Positions 1-9,917 of a stretch of DNA of 64,000 nucleotides are shown piece by piece (the stretch's first letter is position 1; every line of letters begins with the position of its first letter). The stretch covers positions 299,944-363,943 of IMG/VR virus record IMGVR_UViG_3300021963_000021. One strand, 5' to 3'. Under the pieces are notes generated by a model, which searched no databases, was not told the origin of the DNA, and saw only the letters and a program-made list of their open reading frames with translations. A program made the translations under genes and the position numbers.

Positions 1-212
1 GCGTGTCCAACATCAGTTTCATCGCTCTCTCGAGCTACTGCCTTATCGTTGATTATTACAGTAGTCGATCCGTGTAGTATACAAGAACCAGAAGCTGTGA
101 TAGATCCAGCAGTGGCCACGTAAGCATCATTTATGATCACGTTATCAGAACCACTTAATATGGTAGCATCTGCTGAATCAAAATTAACACGAGCAATAGC
201 TTTATCAGTCAT
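1..212 (-). CDS. PAAR-like spike tip protein (runs off window start)
   Basis: Not in ORF track; hand translation MTDKAIARVNFDSADATILSGSDNVIINDAYVATAGSITASGSCILHGSTTVIINDKAVARESD shows the duplicated GSxxVxIN/ARxxD PAAR pattern. Confidence 0.75.
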   Translation of the reverse strand, partial: MTDKAIARVNFDSADATILSGSDNVIINDAYVATAGSITASGSCILHGSTTVIINDKAVARESDETDVGH

Positions 213-214
213 TA

Positions 215-871
215 TTAGCCACCAGTTTTTGCTTTAACTTCAGTTTCAGTCTTAAGAGCATTAGCATTTGATTTTTGGTTCGTTGTGTTAATGCCAATTG
301 CCTCTAATCCGCTTTCGAATTTCTTTTTAATCCAACCTGTTCCTGCTTTTAGTCCAGCTGTTACACCTGTGACATTACCAAGATAAGAAGCAGTACCTGC
401 TATAGCACTAGTCACTGCTCCACCTGCTGCCGCCGCTGCCGCCACATTAGTCGCACCGGTCACTGACTTATTAATCTGAGTTTGAAGATTAGGAGCTGGT
501 ACTGTAACTTCTGGCAAGTTATTTCTCTTAAGTGCTGCCTGTGTAGCAGCTTTGTCAAATTCGTCTTTGTCTATCTGTTGTGCTACTGCGATCTGCTGAG
601 TGGCTAACATCTGTGCTAGTATAGCATTTGTTATTTGAAGACTAGCATCCAAATCAGCTATAGCAGATTGAATAGAAGTTAGACTTTCGGTTCCGGTATT
701 TTGTTGGTTGTTTACACCAACTAATGCGGTTGCTATAGCATTTAACGATGCGGCTGTAGATCCAGGAATGCCTTTTCCTAACGCTCCCATTGACTCTCTA
801 ATTGCCAACGGAGCATCATCGGCAATTACAAAGGTACCTGGACCTCCTGTAAAATTTGCTGTAGTTGTCAT
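215..871 (-). CDS. hypothetical Ala/Thr-rich protein, probable virion component
   Basis: 218 aa ORF with RBS GGAG, directly upstream of the PAAR gene. Confidence 0.55.
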   Translation of the reverse strand: MTTTANFTGGPGTFVIADDAPLAIRESMGALGKGIPGSTAASLNAIATALVGVNNQQNTGTESLTSIQSAIADLDASLQITNAILAQMLATQQIAVAQQIDKDEFDKAATQAALKRNNLPEVTVPAPNLQTQINKSVTGATNVAAAAAAGGAVTSAIAGTASYLGNVTGVTAGLKAGTGWIKKKFESGLEAIGINTTNQKSNANALKTETEVKAKTGG

Positions 872-881
872 TTATGGTCTC

Positions 882-1178
882 CTATAGTGCCAACTTAATG
901 CCTGTAGTATTTTGTATGTACGCATCGGCAAATGATTTGTCTGTGGCTTCCATGATCACTAACACTGATCTTGATATCTTTACTGTCTTATCGGGATTAA
1001 CTGTGAAAAGGTAGGGCATCAATCCAGGACCCTGTTGGCCCATGGCCACTACCATTGGTTTGGACATCTTTATATGACAGTCTGCTGATTCGTCTTCCAA
1101 TTTACCAATAATTTCTTCACCTGAGGTCAATTTTATAGTAACGACTTCGCCTACTGCTACACCCTTATCAATTAACAT
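882..1178 (-). CDS. Sm/LSm-like small beta-barrel protein
   Basis: VTIKLTSGEEIIGKL resembles the Sm1 motif; ends in TAG. Confidence 0.5.
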   Translation of the reverse strand: MLIDKGVAVGEVVTIKLTSGEEIIGKLEDESADCHIKMSKPMVVAMGQQGPGLMPYLFTVNPDKTVKISRSVLVIMEATDKSFADAYIQNTTGIKLAL

Positions 1179-1179
1179 A

Positions 1180-1422
1180 TTATCCCTTTAATGTTTCAAA
1201 AAAATCTTCTGGTTTACCTGCTAAACCCTGATACCCGCCTGGTAGTAGTACACCGTCTTTGAAAACTTGCGGTACTGAACGCAGTCCTTGATCAACAAGG
1301 AATTCACGAGCATCGGGTTCGTCTTCGATATTTACTGTTTTAAATCCTACGCCCTTTGATTCTAGGAGAGCCTTAGCTCTATCGCAAAATGGGCAGTTAT
1401 TCTTTGAATAAATTGTAATCAT
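1180..1422 (-). CDS. glutaredoxin
   Basis: CPFC active site, SVPQVF, GGY; adjacent to nrdB. Confidence 0.95.
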   Translation of the reverse strand: MITIYSKNNCPFCDRAKALLESKGVGFKTVNIEDEPDAREFLVDQGLRSVPQVFKDGVLLPGGYQGLAGKPEDFFETLKG

Positions 1423-1431
1423 ATTTGTCTC

Positions 1432-2532
1432 TTATAATGCTGGTAATTCGTCATAGTCAATGGTATCGCTCATGACACCTATAACATAATTAGTCGACTC
1501 GTTCTCTTGGAGCGCAGTTTGTTTCTTATGGGTATCACTGTGTTTATTGAACCAAGGTATTGGTGTTGTTTTTGGAGCAGGCTGTTGATACTTGATGCCA
1601 ATATCTTTTAGGGCGGCCGCAGCAGTATAGTCTACGAAGTCTTTTAGAATGTTAGCATTAAGTCCAATAACAGGACCTTTCTTGAACAAGTAGTCTGCCC
1701 ATTCTTTTTCTTCACGGATAACATCTTCATAGAGAGCATAAACTTCAGCTTCACATTCTTCTTTGGCTTTGACAAATCTAGGATCTTCTTTGACTACCTG
1801 ATTGATCAAATAAGCAGTCCAACCTTTGTGTAGCAGTTCGTCTTGTAGGATCAAGCTGATGATGTTGCCATTACCAATAAAGATCTTGTTCTCTACCATT
1901 GCCAAACTTGTGGCAAACGACACCATAAAGCGGAACGCTTCTAGAGCATAGCTGGCATGTAGTGCTAGCCAAATTGCTTTGATGTGTGTTGCTTCATTGA
2001 TTTTTTCGCCTGTTTCTTTACGGCAGTTAATCAAATGTAAATCATCGTAATAACGGCCGACACTTGATGCCATGTCTACAATTTCTTTAGTGTCGTGGAT
2101 TGTGTTAAACACTTCCTTAGGCACGTTGTATATGTTACGGATGATATGGCTGTATGAACGACTGTGGATGTTAGTCTCAAAGAAACCCCAGTTATACATC
2201 AGTGCTTCTACTTCCGGTAAACTACATACAGGAGTAAACACCTGAGTTGGTCCACGACCCTGGATACTGTCCAAGGCTGTCTGTCTTAATAGGTTACTGG
2301 TAAAGATATGTTTAACAGCATCGCTAGAATCTTTAAAGTCGCTGGCATCTTTGGACAAACTGATCTCTTCAGGTACCCAAAAGAACCCACGTGCGGTTGT
2401 TTCAAAATTCTGTACCTTAGGATACTTGACTTCTTCAAATCGTTGAATAGTCACTGGACCCTCTGGATCCAAGAACATCTTACGACTTAGGTAGTCTGTT
2501 TTAGTGGTTAGATTGTATTGTGCTGTACTCAT
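1432..2532 (-). CDS. nrdB: ribonucleotide reductase class Ia beta subunit
   Basis: FWVPEEI, LDSIQ, ETNIHSRSY, LEAFRF, DELLH diiron motifs. Confidence 0.97.
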   Translation of the reverse strand: MSTAQYNLTTKTDYLSRKMFLDPEGPVTIQRFEEVKYPKVQNFETTARGFFWVPEEISLSKDASDFKDSSDAVKHIFTSNLLRQTALDSIQGRGPTQVFTPVCSLPEVEALMYNWGFFETNIHSRSYSHIIRNIYNVPKEVFNTIHDTKEIVDMASSVGRYYDDLHLINCRKETGEKINEATHIKAIWLALHASYALEAFRFMVSFATSLAMVENKIFIGNGNIISLILQDELLHKGWTAYLINQVVKEDPRFVKAKEECEAEVYALYEDVIREEKEWADYLFKKGPVIGLNANILKDFVDYTAAAALKDIGIKYQQPAPKTTPIPWFNKHSDTHKKQTALQENESTNYVIGVMSDTIDYDELPAL

Positions 2533-2795
2533 TGTTTATCCTGTTTTGTTAATTCAGTAGTATTCCAAATATTTCTATTATGAACAACCTTGTCTTTTAG
2601 TATTCTTATAACTTTCTCTTTCTCAGTTTCGGTCCATATAAAATGTAAACTATTTAACGGCGGTCTACCTGTTGTTTCATCGTACAAAGACTTATGTTGG
2701 TAGTATGATTTTAACCACACCCATTGTCCACTAGTGACTTTGACAGGCTTCCATGCAAATAGTTTACTTTCCATAATTTCCAGAAGCCAGAACAA
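2529..2795 (-). CDS. hypothetical protein
   Basis: 88 aa, overlaps neighbours in operon fashion. Confidence 0.55.
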   Translation of the reverse strand: MFWLLEIMESKLFAWKPVKVTSGQWVWLKSYYQHKSLYDETTGRPPLNSLHFIWTETEKEKVIRILKDKVVHNRNIWNTTELTKQDKQ

Positions 2796-3426
2796 TCTTA
2801 CAAATGTGTTCTAATCTTTCAATATGTTCGTACGCTCGCCACGGAGTCGTATCGATAGCAACTACACCGTGTCCTTTAATGCCTACAATATCGTAGGCAA
2901 CATTACCGTCTCTATCTAGTTGAAGATTCGTGTGGCACTGATCCGCAAGCTCTTGACTAATAGGCGGAACATCTCCGACATTGGGTGCTACTCGAGTATA
3001 ACGGTTAAGCTCCGGAAAAGCATCACTGATAGTACTAAGGTCGATACCGGCATGCATAGCCGCAATACTGTAAGTAGGATGTACATGTACAACTACTCTT
3101 ACCTCGTCCTTATGCTGACCCATTTCTTTTTGTAGACCAAAATGTAATGGTATCTCTCCGCTAGGTACTAGATTTTTACTGATGTCAGTATAGGGTACAT
3201 CTTCCCAAGAGTAGTTGAATGCCGCTGTTCCATATCCACTATGGATGCTTCTGTGTATAGCTATCTTCTTAAATTGGTCAGGTTGTAGTGTTTGCTTACG
3301 CACACCGCTTGGAGTAATGTAGAAGTGATCACGATCATGATGACGGATGCTGACGTTGCCATCACGACTGGTAATCCAATTACGCTTATAAGCGTCTACC
3401 ATAATATCACATATCGTTTCTAACAT
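2764..3426 (-). CDS. class II aldolase/adducin family protein (MtnB/FucA-like)
   Basis: RDGNVS, ITPSG, PSGEIPLH, HVHP metal motif, GHGVV. Confidence 0.88.
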   Translation of the reverse strand: MLETICDIMVDAYKRNWITSRDGNVSIRHHDRDHFYITPSGVRKQTLQPDQFKKIAIHRSIHSGYGTAAFNYSWEDVPYTDISKNLVPSGEIPLHFGLQKEMGQHKDEVRVVVHVHPTYSIAAMHAGIDLSTISDAFPELNRYTRVAPNVGDVPPISQELADQCHTNLQLDRDGNVAYDIVGIKGHGVVAIDTTPWRAYEHIERLEHICKIVLASGNYGK

Positions 3427-3958
3427 TTACATAATCCCAGTTTATTATTTTCCATTGATTTTCTAAATACTTTTTCTTGTCGTGTTGATAATCCAACGCC
3501 CAAGCATGTTCCCACCAATCAACTAATACTACTATATCTTTTTTTATTTCGTGATTCTTTATAGTTTTAATTTCGCCAGACTTAGAAAGATATACCCACC
3601 CACTACCTTGTATGCTCATGGCCACTTTGGTAAATTCTTCTTTAAACTTATCAAAGGATTTAAATTTTTCTTCAATAAGTTCTAGGGTCTTGCCGGATGG
3701 CTTATTGCTAGATTTTGGTGCTTGATATTGTTGGAACAGTATGTTATGTAAGAACACGCCAGCTTCATTGAAGTCAGGGTCACCTTCGCCTTTGTTGTAT
3801 CTGTCAGCATAGGTATGAGCTAGTTTACCATAGTGATAATCGATAGTATCCTCTGATATCGACGGATCTAGATCATCCTTGTCGTATGGCAATGCTTTGA
3901 TTTCTAATTTCTCAGCTTTGCCCTCTAACAGAAAATTTCGTATAAAGTTATAGGTCAT
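3407..3958 (-). CDS. sod: Fe/Mn superoxide dismutase
   Basis: HYGKL, HNILF, QGSGW, DWWEHAW metal-ligand motifs. Confidence 0.95.
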   Translation of the reverse strand: MTYNFIRNFLLEGKAEKLEIKALPYDKDDLDPSISEDTIDYHYGKLAHTYADRYNKGEGDPDFNEAGVFLHNILFQQYQAPKSSNKPSGKTLELIEEKFKSFDKFKEEFTKVAMSIQGSGWVYLSKSGEIKTIKNHEIKKDIVVLVDWWEHAWALDYQHDKKKYLENQWKIINWDYVNVRNDM

Positions 3959-6291
3959 AACTTACACGCCTCGCAATCATCTTCTAGTTCTTCGTTATGA
4001 TACCCGTTGACTTCTTTTTCTACATAAGCAGGTTCAGCATCCTGTGCCTTAGATCCATGCTTGTTGATCAAGCTGTAATAGAATGTCTTCAATCCCCACA
4101 TCTGTGCTTGCATTAAATTCTTAGCAATCAATGTGGTAGGAACTTTTCTGTCAGCGAACCAAGCAGGATTGTAGAATGTGTTTGTAGAAATACTTTGGTC
4201 AACATATGCTGCCAATACTGCGGCAGTTTTTAGATATCCAACGCAGTCTTTCTGTTCCCACATTAATTGATACTTGTTCTTTAACTTGTGATAGTCTGGT
4301 ACTACCTGTGTAAATGATCCTGCCTTTGATTCCTTAGTAGAAATCAAACTCATCGGAAGTTCAATACCATTGGTAGAATTAATAACCACACTACTGCTTT
4401 CCACAGGAGCAATAGCCATAAGTGTCGCATTTCTAACACCATACTGTTTCATGTCCTTTCTTAGAGGTTCCCAATCTAGTTCAGGTTTGAAGTTAGTAAG
4501 CTCATTAACGCCTTTGGCACGTAGTTCCCAAGGAAACTTGCCTTGACCGTATCGTGTCTTATCGCTGTCTTTACATGGGCCACGTTCTTTGGCCAATTCA
4601 ACTGTAGCTTCAGTGAGATAGAACGCTTGGTGTTCCATCCAAGATTTAACATCTTGTAGAGCATCCTTGTCACCGTAACGTAGTCCACGTTTGGCATGCC
4701 AGTAGGCTAAGTTTGTAACACCAATGCCCAGTGGTTGTATCTCATCGTTAGACAGTTTGCTCTGTATCGACAGGAAGTCTTGATAGTCTAGAATATTACA
4801 TAGACTACGCTGTAATATGCGACATGCTCTACGCATGTCTTCTGGGTTACGGAACGCACCCCAGTTAATGGATCCCAGTGTACATAACGCTATGCGCCCC
4901 TCCGCGTCGTCTAATCTCTTAAATGGACGGGTTGGTAATAAGATCTCACAGCACAAGTTACTTTGATAGATGGTATGATACTCAGGATCGAAAGGACCTT
5001 GATTCATGACATTATCAATAAACACCAAATAGATGCGACCTGTGTCTGTACGTTCCTTCAAGATGCCGCTTTTGAATACTTCTTCAGCTGACATTGTTTT
5101 CTTGCGTAGGTCTTTACGCTTTTCATACTCTGTGTATAGTTTTTCAAAACGTTCTGTATTTTGATAAAACGCTTCATATAGTTCTGGTACTTCGTTAGGG
5201 TCGAAGAATGTTATGTTTTCTTTATTCCTGAATCGTCTCCAGAAAAATGCTGACAAAACAACTCCGTAATCCATATGTCGTACCCGTGTTTCGTCTGTGC
5301 CTTGATTATTCTTAAGAACAATAAGATCATCAAACTGATAATGCCAAATGGGATAAAACACAGTAGCACTAGCATTACGGATTCCTCCCTGTGAGCACGA
5401 ACGCAGATCACCAAACCATTTTTTAAGGAACGGAATCATGCCAGTGTGCATAATTTCACCACCTCTGATGGGGCTACCCAATGGACGTAGTCTGCCAATC
5501 TCCAAACCAATGCCAGCACGTTTGCTGGCATACTTGGCCATCATTTCGCCACTAGCAAAAATGGAGTCAAGATCATCATCACTACGAATGAGTACACAGC
5601 TACTGAACTGCTTAGTGGGAGTCCCAAGGCCAGCAAGAACAGGAGTAGCGAGAGTAAATAGACCGTCTGAAGCCGCATTGTAGTATTCCTTGATAAATTT
5701 CATTCGAGCACTGTTAGGCTCTTCTTTGTGAAACACTGTAGCCGCAGCTACCATATAACGAACCTGTGGTGTTTCGTAAATTTCTTTAGTAGCACGATTG
5801 CGTACTAGATATTTTTCTATTAGTTGTTCAATGCTGGCATAACCGTACTGCTCATCTTTTTCGTGATCGAGCATGGCATCCATTTTATCCCAATCGTCTT
5901 CGCTGTACCAAACAAGAAGTTCAGGAGTATAAAGACCTACTTCAATATTCTTTTTAATGATGTCGTAGAGGCGCGGAGGGGTATAGGTTCCATATACATC
6001 TTTTCTCAGCATACTAAGACGTTGCTTACCTGCTACATATTGGTAATTGGTATGTCCTACACCCGGATTAGATTCTACATCAATTAGGTCTACTATGGCT
6101 CTTAATGTTAGAGAATCAATTGCTTGTGTTGTGATGCCATCATAAAAATGCGGACTTGCTTTGATTTCTATCATTGACTGACTGACGTCAGCTATACCTT
6201 TACATACTTTTGCTACCTGCGCTTGCCACTTTTCGATCATTAGTGGTTCTTTTGTTCCATCTCTTTTAATTACTGTGATAATGTCGTTCAT
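3955..6291 (-). CDS. nrdA: ribonucleotide reductase class Ia alpha subunit
   Basis: N-terminal ATP cone (VIKRDG), SSCVL, SNLCCEI, GLKTFYY, C-terminal CEAC. Confidence 0.97.
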   Translation of the reverse strand: MNDIITVIKRDGTKEPLMIEKWQAQVAKVCKGIADVSQSMIEIKASPHFYDGITTQAIDSLTLRAIVDLIDVESNPGVGHTNYQYVAGKQRLSMLRKDVYGTYTPPRLYDIIKKNIEVGLYTPELLVWYSEDDWDKMDAMLDHEKDEQYGYASIEQLIEKYLVRNRATKEIYETPQVRYMVAAATVFHKEEPNSARMKFIKEYYNAASDGLFTLATPVLAGLGTPTKQFSSCVLIRSDDDLDSIFASGEMMAKYASKRAGIGLEIGRLRPLGSPIRGGEIMHTGMIPFLKKWFGDLRSCSQGGIRNASATVFYPIWHYQFDDLIVLKNNQGTDETRVRHMDYGVVLSAFFWRRFRNKENITFFDPNEVPELYEAFYQNTERFEKLYTEYEKRKDLRKKTMSAEEVFKSGILKERTDTGRIYLVFIDNVMNQGPFDPEYHTIYQSNLCCEILLPTRPFKRLDDAEGRIALCTLGSINWGAFRNPEDMRRACRILQRSLCNILDYQDFLSIQSKLSNDEIQPLGIGVTNLAYWHAKRGLRYGDKDALQDVKSWMEHQAFYLTEATVELAKERGPCKDSDKTRYGQGKFPWELRAKGVNELTNFKPELDWEPLRKDMKQYGVRNATLMAIAPVESSSVVINSTNGIELPMSLISTKESKAGSFTQVVPDYHKLKNKYQLMWEQKDCVGYLKTAAVLAAYVDQSISTNTFYNPAWFADRKVPTTLIAKNLMQAQMWGLKTFYYSLINKHGSKAQDAEPAYVEKEVNGYHNEELEDDCEACKL

Positions 6292-6343
6292 TCTCGCCTC
6301 AATACGTACAAATTTTTTTATAGTGAGAGTATTTATGGTACTC

Positions 6344-6748
6344 TTAGATTGACCAAATCTTAATTGAATTAGACGGCAGTTTGTCTATAGTAGACACTTC
6401 TCTGTAATCTAAATTCAAGACCGCTTGGTTATCCACTACAAGATTATATCGCCTCTCGCTGGGCGACATAGACATATGTATCTCGTATTTGGACTCCTTA
6501 AAGCGACTAGTTAATTGTAAAGTGTAGCACATTCCTAATGCGATAGCAAGATCGCAAAAGCGGTTATCCATGATTAATCGCCATGGATCAGGCCAATCTT
6601 TAGGATTGTAAGGGTCTAGATATTTGCTAACAAATGGAGCCTGCGCCCAAAAGACTGCTACATCATTCAAAGGATCGGGAGAAGTTTCTAGAGTGTCTCT
6701 AAACTCTTTCCAGGCTTTTAGTTTTTCTGTATAATGGAGATCAAACAC
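6344..6748 (-). CDS. conserved phage hypothetical protein
   Basis: 134 aa, overlaps stop of upstream gene. Confidence 0.6.
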   Translation of the reverse strand: MFDLHYTEKLKAWKEFRDTLETSPDPLNDVAVFWAQAPFVSKYLDPYNPKDWPDPWRLIMDNRFCDLAIALGMCYTLQLTSRFKESKYEIHMSMSPSERRYNLVVDNQAVLNLDYREVSTIDKLPSNSIKIWSI

Positions 6749-8333
6749 CGTAGTTAACGAAATAGGTTATCTTATGTGAGCCAGCTAACACAGGGTTTTT
6801 ATATTTTAGAATCATAGATTCAGAACCTGCGGTTGAGTCACTTCGGTCTACTAACGTTACTGAAAATTCCAATGCTTCAAAATCCGACGATGGTGCCACC
6901 GATGGTGGAAACGCAGCATCATCTTGTGAAACAGAGTAACTGTCGGTTAGTATAGGATCCATAAGATTATCACCTACCGTTATAGTCAGTGTGCCATATC
7001 TTGAATTACCTGTACTGAACGTCACAATATAATTTAGTATTGTCTTACGGTTCAGTGTGGAGAACATGGCTAGTGGAGTTGGGGTTATCTGTTGATACAG
7101 TGTCTGTGTGATTTCGTCATTGATATAGACATTGCCTGCGTTGAGTACTTCAGGATATGCTACTCGCTCATCGCCAATGATGACATCGGAGTAAGCATTT
7201 TGTTGTCTGTTAAATGAACAGTTTTCTACTATGTTGTTACCAGGTTGTTCAAATACCACAACACTCTGTTCTGGATTAGAAGCAAGGTTGGCGTTATTTC
7301 CGCAGTCAATGAACCTACTGGTTAAAATTTTAGTACCTGTGCCGTAGTCGGCGGTAAAAGCTCTGCCAGCTATTTCTTGGAATTCACAACCGTCAAATGT
7401 CCATTGGTTAACTTGATCAACTACACCGTTGATCTCAACGCCGCCAGTTAACACATGGAAGTGACAGGTATTGAAAGCTACTTTAGATTCATATGCGTCG
7501 ACTTGTGTAAAGTTAACTGCTCGATATGCTTTTTCAAAAGTACAGTTATCAAACTCTAAGTGATCAACTGTTGTGCCGATCTTTTCTGAATTCTCAAAAT
7601 ATACCAGTGCGTTTCCGCTGAGTGTTTGAGCTGCTGTGCCAAGGTTAGATATAGGGCCCTGGAAGGACACATATTCAAACTCACTGTTTTTGATACCAGA
7701 TAGATCTATATGACCTGTGGTAAATCTAAAACTTAAATTTCTAACTAGGATATTTGTCGGACGGTCAGAGCTTTCAAATGCTGCTTTCAGCGTACCGTCT
7801 GTGGATTGTAGTTCTACTGTTGAGCTGTTTACTAACAGTACAGATCCAAACTGTGATTCACCGTCTAGGATAGCGTATGATGGTATTCTTAGAGTTCCGG
7901 CGATTCTATAATGTCCAGTCGGTATGAACAACTGCTTGCGGAATTCTGTGCTGGTGTTTCTATATAACTGATCTAAGGCTGTTTGAAATGATTCAGTGTC
8001 GTCAGTGCTGCCGTCGCCTGTGGCGCCAAAATCTTTGACGTTAACACGATCGTCTAACTTTTGTTGTAGTGTTCTAAAAACAGAACCCGTGATGCTAGGC
8101 TCACTTCGACCCCAACGATAACTTTCGATAAGTTCTAGTAGGTTATCGTGTTCTGTTAGTACTTTGGTATTTCCAACATACGGAGACCCGTCTGCGACGG
8201 CTCCATTACCAATGTAAAGTTCTTGAGAATCTAAAGCCCAGGCAAGTTCGCCGCTGGATAGTTGCGGGATTCCTGATTCACCATTTTTTCGTCCTCTGCG
8301 GACTTGTATTTTCGATATCTGTACGACAGCCAT
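6741..8333 (-). CDS. virion structural protein with pectate-lyase-3-like beta-helix
   Basis: N-terminal QISKIQVRRG/GELAW tail-fibre-type motif; NVKDFGATGDGSTDDT beta-helix start. Confidence 0.75.
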   Translation of the reverse strand: MAVVQISKIQVRRGRKNGESGIPQLSSGELAWALDSQELYIGNGAVADGSPYVGNTKVLTEHDNLLELIESYRWGRSEPSITGSVFRTLQQKLDDRVNVKDFGATGDGSTDDTESFQTALDQLYRNTSTEFRKQLFIPTGHYRIAGTLRIPSYAILDGESQFGSVLLVNSSTVELQSTDGTLKAAFESSDRPTNILVRNLSFRFTTGHIDLSGIKNSEFEYVSFQGPISNLGTAAQTLSGNALVYFENSEKIGTTVDHLEFDNCTFEKAYRAVNFTQVDAYESKVAFNTCHFHVLTGGVEINGVVDQVNQWTFDGCEFQEIAGRAFTADYGTGTKILTSRFIDCGNNANLASNPEQSVVVFEQPGNNIVENCSFNRQQNAYSDVIIGDERVAYPEVLNAGNVYINDEITQTLYQQITPTPLAMFSTLNRKTILNYIVTFSTGNSRYGTLTITVGDNLMDPILTDSYSVSQDDAAFPPSVAPSSDFEALEFSVTLVDRSDSTAGSESMILKYKNPVLAGSHKITYFVNYGV

Positions 8334-8357
8334 AGATGTTTACCCTTGTTAGAGTAT

Positions 8358-9059
8358 TTATCTGGCAGCGTTATAGTATTCCTCTACCTTATTGAGCCAC
8401 AGATCTTGATATTTGTTAAAGTCCTGCGGCAGTAGATCAAATTGCTGATACTCAAAAGCACGACTACACATAAAAACGTGCCCTTCACGAATGTCAGTTC
8501 CGTAGACTTCATTATGTGCTAAGATATATGCTATAAGTTGTAATTTGTAATCTTCAACCCATTCTTCTTTTTTGGGTTTGTTAGTCTGCTTGTAGTCACA
8601 GACGCTGGGATTGTCTTTGTAGACAGCTACTAGATCAGTGGTTCCTGAATACAGACCTGGGAAGTAAAGACTCTGTTCCATGGCCCAAACTTCATTAACG
8701 TGTGCTAGGCCATTTTTAATAATCTCGTCTGCCATTTTGTTAGCCTGGACGTGAACAGGATTGTTGCCAGGCTGTCGCTGTATGCCTGCGATAAATCTTT
8801 CTAGATTGGCGTGCATAGCAGTTCCAACGCCCGCAGCCTCAGTGGTTATCTGTTGTGCTTTTTGTTCACCAATACGTTTCTTCCATTCGTTTAAATGTGT
8901 CATGTCCTTGGTTGCTGAAAGGATCGTTGTGACACTAGGAAGACTTTCTCCGTCCGGAGTAAGATATACACGTTTACGTGTTACAGGGTCATTGACCTGC
9001 TTACACTCTTTGTACTGTATTTTTTGGACGTACGGTGGTGGTTGGATTTCTATTAGCAT
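8358..9059 (-). CDS. PD-(D/E)XK exonuclease (Cas4/RecB-like)
   Basis: PSVTTIL, GTAMH, E...GTTD...DYKQ, QLIAY motifs. Confidence 0.88.
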   Translation of the reverse strand: MLIEIQPPPYVQKIQYKECKQVNDPVTRKRVYLTPDGESLPSVTTILSATKDMTHLNEWKKRIGEQKAQQITTEAAGVGTAMHANLERFIAGIQRQPGNNPVHVQANKMADEIIKNGLAHVNEVWAMEQSLYFPGLYSGTTDLVAVYKDNPSVCDYKQTNKPKKEEWVEDYKLQLIAYILAHNEVYGTDIREGHVFMCSRAFEYQQFDLLPQDFNKYQDLWLNKVEEYYNAAR

Positions 9060-9093
9060 ATTAGATACATTATAAATTAAAGTTATTAAGTTG

Positions 9094-9438
9094 TCAAGCA
9101 GTCATTTGCTTATAGGCATTTGCCGCAGCAGTCTGATTGACATTGTCTTTAGATTTATCTATATCTGAACCTGGCTCTTCTCGATCCCGGCTTGTACCAG
9201 GTACTTTGAGTTCTATGCCACGTGGAGTGAAATTTCTAACCATGTTTTGGATCATAGGTGAAGCATCATAAATGCCCTTGAAAGTTTCCTGATCCAATTT
9301 GATACCCTGGCGGGCTAACACTTGATTGAGGTATTCCCAATTGATGTTTGCTGGCTGTCCGCGACTACCTGATCGTCCTATAATATTCTTTAGGACAAGA
9401 GCGACCTGCGAACCATCATCGAATTCATATAATCTCAT
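9094..9438 (-). CDS. hypothetical late protein
   Basis: 114 aa, MRLYEF start. Confidence 0.65.
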   Translation of the reverse strand: MRLYEFDDGSQVALVLKNIIGRSGSRGQPANINWEYLNQVLARQGIKLDQETFKGIYDASPMIQNMVRNFTPRGIELKVPGTSRDREEPGSDIDKSKDNVNQTAAANAYKQMTA

Positions 9439-9917
9439 TTTAATCCAGCATTTTGTTTTAATCCTGCTAGGGCTTTTTCAAGTTCTGCTACTTGCCCTGC
9501 TAGATTACTTTGATAGTCTTGGTGTGCTTGTGCTACCTGTGCTACCTGTTGTACTGCCTGTTGATTTGGTTGTTGTGCCTGTGCTGTGCTACTGCCGCCT
9601 GTGCTACCACCACTGCTTGGTGATGTTAGTTTGTCTACGGCTTTGGTAGCCAGATTTGATACTACATCTTTGCCTATGTTTTTTGCTCCCTGTACTGCTG
9701 CCTGACCAACTGATCGAGCACCAGACGCTGCTGCGCGGCCAGCAGCAGAAGCTGCTGAACTCACACCTCTACCTACAGCAGATGCTGCAGTACCAAGGCC
9801 TCTAAGAGCAGTTCCACCTACTGCTACTGCGCCTCTACCGATAGCGCCGAGCACAGCTGGCAATATTTCATCTAACTTCTCTTGTTCCTTGTTAGAAACA
9901 ATTTCGTCTAATCTCAT
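9435..9917 (-). CDS. hypothetical low-complexity late protein
   Basis: 160 aa Ala/Gly/Gln-rich, MRLDEI start. Confidence 0.65.
   Translation of the reverse strand: MRLDEIVSNKEQEKLDEILPAVLGAIGRGAVAVGGTALRGLGTAASAVGRGVSSAASAAGRAAASGARSVGQAAVQGAKNIGKDVVSNLATKAVDKLTSPSSGGSTGGSSTAQAQQPNQQAVQQVAQVAQAHQDYQSNLAGQVAELEKALAGLKQNAGLK

Noticed and set aside
1432-6291. Introns/inteins in nrdA or nrdB
   Set aside because: Both ORFs are continuous and of normal length (778 and 366 aa).
8358-9059. Cas4 / CRISPR system
   Set aside because: No repeat-spacer array or other cas genes in the window; stand-alone PD-(D/E)XK exonucleases are common in large phages.
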